A model generated the notes under the pieces. That model ran no database searches. It saw only the letters and a list, made by a program, of their open reading frames with translations, and was not told where the DNA came from. This document shows positions 61,901-64,000 of a DNA stretch of 64,000 nt, in pieces. The stretch is from contig JAUCBJ010006829.1 of assembly GCA_032718475.1 (NCBI GenBank), positions 1-64,000 of the forward strand, given 5' to 3'. Source of the stretch: Nemertoderma westbladi (Eukaryota; Animalia; Xenacoelomorpha). Position 1 is the stretch's first letter. The number at the start of each line of letters is the position of its first letter. A program made the position numbers and the translations under genes.

Positions 61901-64000
61901 TCTGGCCACATGAAGCGTGTGACGTCACGATCGTTTTCATCTAATATCACCTGTAAGTAAGCCTTCTCGATATCCGCCAATGCGCAATACAGGTTCAGAC
62001 GAAAACGCAGTAGCATTTCAATGAGATCTTGTGAGATTAAACTCGGTCCCGAATACAAACAATCGTTGAGACTCGGTAACCCGCGACCAGCTCGTGCCGA
62101 ACAATCGAATACGATTCGTAATGGAGTTGTTATCGATTGTTTTTCAACTCCATGGTGGGCTAGGTAGTGTATTTTAGAACCCGTAGCAATATAGGGGGGT
62201 GCTAGTTCTATAAATCCACGTTCTAACTGTTGAAGAATAATACTATTATAACATTCCAATAACAAAGGATTCTTTGACAACTTCGTCAATGTCGACTGAA
62301 GTCGCTTTATCGTTAATCCGTAATTGGATGGTAGACTTGGAAAATCCGGTTTCCAAGGTAGACGAACAACATATCTTCCATCAACATACTTAGTGTTTTC
62401 TTCAAATTCCTTCATAACAACTTCATCAATAGGGTTGGTGTCATCAGGTGATATACCGATTGTATCTAATCTCCAAAGTCGTTCGAGGGCATCATCAAGA
62501 TTATCCGACTCTTCAACACAACCAATAAGGAGAGCCGTAATAACATTTGATTGAATTGAGTTTGATTGGGAATCACATAAAGGCAATGTACCAGTAATGA
62601 CATCACCAAGATTAGAAGGAAGCCGATAAATACCACCTTGAATACATTCCCCATAAACGAAGTTAAAGTACTGGTCGACTCCTATCAACAACCCAATGTC
62701 AGATAAATCATCTCCGGTACGAGGATCTGCTAACTTAAATCCACGCAGCTGTAGTTGAGAGACCATCTTGGTACGACCCGGGGAAGATAATCTAAGAGGC
62801 AACTTATCTACAACTAACGCCCAAGTCTCAATTAAACCATCCGAAGTTGAAATTCGGAAACGAACTTCATCATAAACCTTCCTTGGTCCTTCCTTATTAA
62901 ATCCGTCTATAGAAGATGAAACCTTATTAATTGTCTTCAATCCTAATGCCTTGACAATTCGACGGAGTATAAAAGTACGTTGTGCAGCTTGATCGAGAAT
63001 TGTACGAACAGAGTAATCATCCTCCTTCCCATCATTTAGGAATCTTATAGGACAGATTGCGGTAGGAAGTAATGTAGATCCACCCGAAGTTGCCAAACAA
63101 ACATCGCCTGTATCAGATGTAATAGCTGCAACTGTACTAGGATTTGGTTTAGAATCCAAATGGAGAATGGTATGGTGACCCTTCCTACATACTTGACAAC
63201 CTTCCTCACTGAGACATGGTTTACCTTCTGAATGTCTATGTCTAAGACATCTTGTACATAAACGCAATTCTCTAACTCGAGCTAATTTAAGATTTGGAGT
63301 CTTATACTGTTCACACAATCGGGCAGGATGATCTGCCTTACATAGATAACAGGAAACCGGTCTGCGTTTCCTATCGAATGGTGTACTTGCTGTCGTGCTG
63401 AAAGAGCCAAGTGTTCCTCCAGTTTCAGAACCCACAGAATTGGTTGATGAATTTCTACTATCGCTTTTAAATTTACTACCATAGTTATTCTGAGGTTTTA
63501 GGTAAGTACTTTGTGACTCAGTAGACCTTAACTGTTCGATTTCATCATTTAGAGCTACCCGTAACTCCTCAAGCGTCCAATAAGTGGAGCGAGCGGCCCT
63601 ATTTATGTTACTACGAACTGAAGCAGGAAGCTTACGAAGAATTAGTTCGGCGTATACGTAGCCAGATTCCTCCACATTACCTCCAAGTTGTTTGATTCCA
63701 CGCAGTTGCGCTTCATAATTTGCTCGAAATGAAGCTAAATCCTTCGAAGTCGCTTTAGGAGACTCCATATCGAACACTGTATTGAGACGAGCCCTCATAA
63801 TTAACTTTTTCTGACCATAAGTAGTCCTAAGAAGTTCAATGGCCTCAATATAATCATCATTACTTCTCTGGAAGTTTGTTACTAAAGAAGAAGCCTCACC
63901 AGAGAGTTGGCCTTCTAGATACGTAAATTTAGTGGCTCCAGCTAGATCAGTTCTCTTATGTATTGCATCCTCAAATCGATCCCAGAAATTGGGCCATTCT
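58912..64000 (-). CDS. BEL/Pao gag-pol polyprotein, open to the window edge, with one in-frame TAG at 59320-59322
   Basis: EWPNFWDRFEDAI..KFTYL (gag); CYLC..H, CTRC..H, CQVC..HH; ILDQAAQRTFI (PR); FDCSA, DIEKAY, YVDN (RT); FCDAS, PQLEL, WTDS (RH); GVDYTG, SDNSSTF, WERL (IN); same-frame VGDVVLI..PRGRW tail. Confidence 0.95.

Overview
This is AT-rich eukaryotic DNA, most likely from an invertebrate animal, and is almost entirely repeats and transposable elements. The only host gene I can support is a minus-strand class A (rhodopsin-like) GPCR. I reconstructed three phase-compatible exons by hand (37276-37170, 36036-35842, 22674-22385), encoding the end of TM3 through helix 8. No upstream exons are visible in the window. 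Its 13.2-kb last intron holds a ~7.5-kb 13-bp satellite and a 65-bp satellite. The 13-bp array carries three different, co-oriented, 5'-truncated CRE-like non-LTR retrotransposons with a restriction-like endonuclease, which may be a satellite-targeting retroelement group and is the top finding. The right 27 kb is a nested stack: a full-length BEL/Pao LTR element (1.18-kb LTRs, GAACC target-site duplication, extra 3' ORF), two more BEL elements, an older BEL remnant, an RTE-type LINE and CR1/L2 fragments. The left 22 kb holds a decayed CR1/L2 LINE with a 2A-like NPGP leader, three RTE 3' ends with target-site duplications, a piggyBac-type MITE, a DD41D mariner-like remnant, a Helentron/HINE-like element, a long-TIR element and two minisatellites. 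All alignments were done by eye, and family names come from motif recognition, not database searches.
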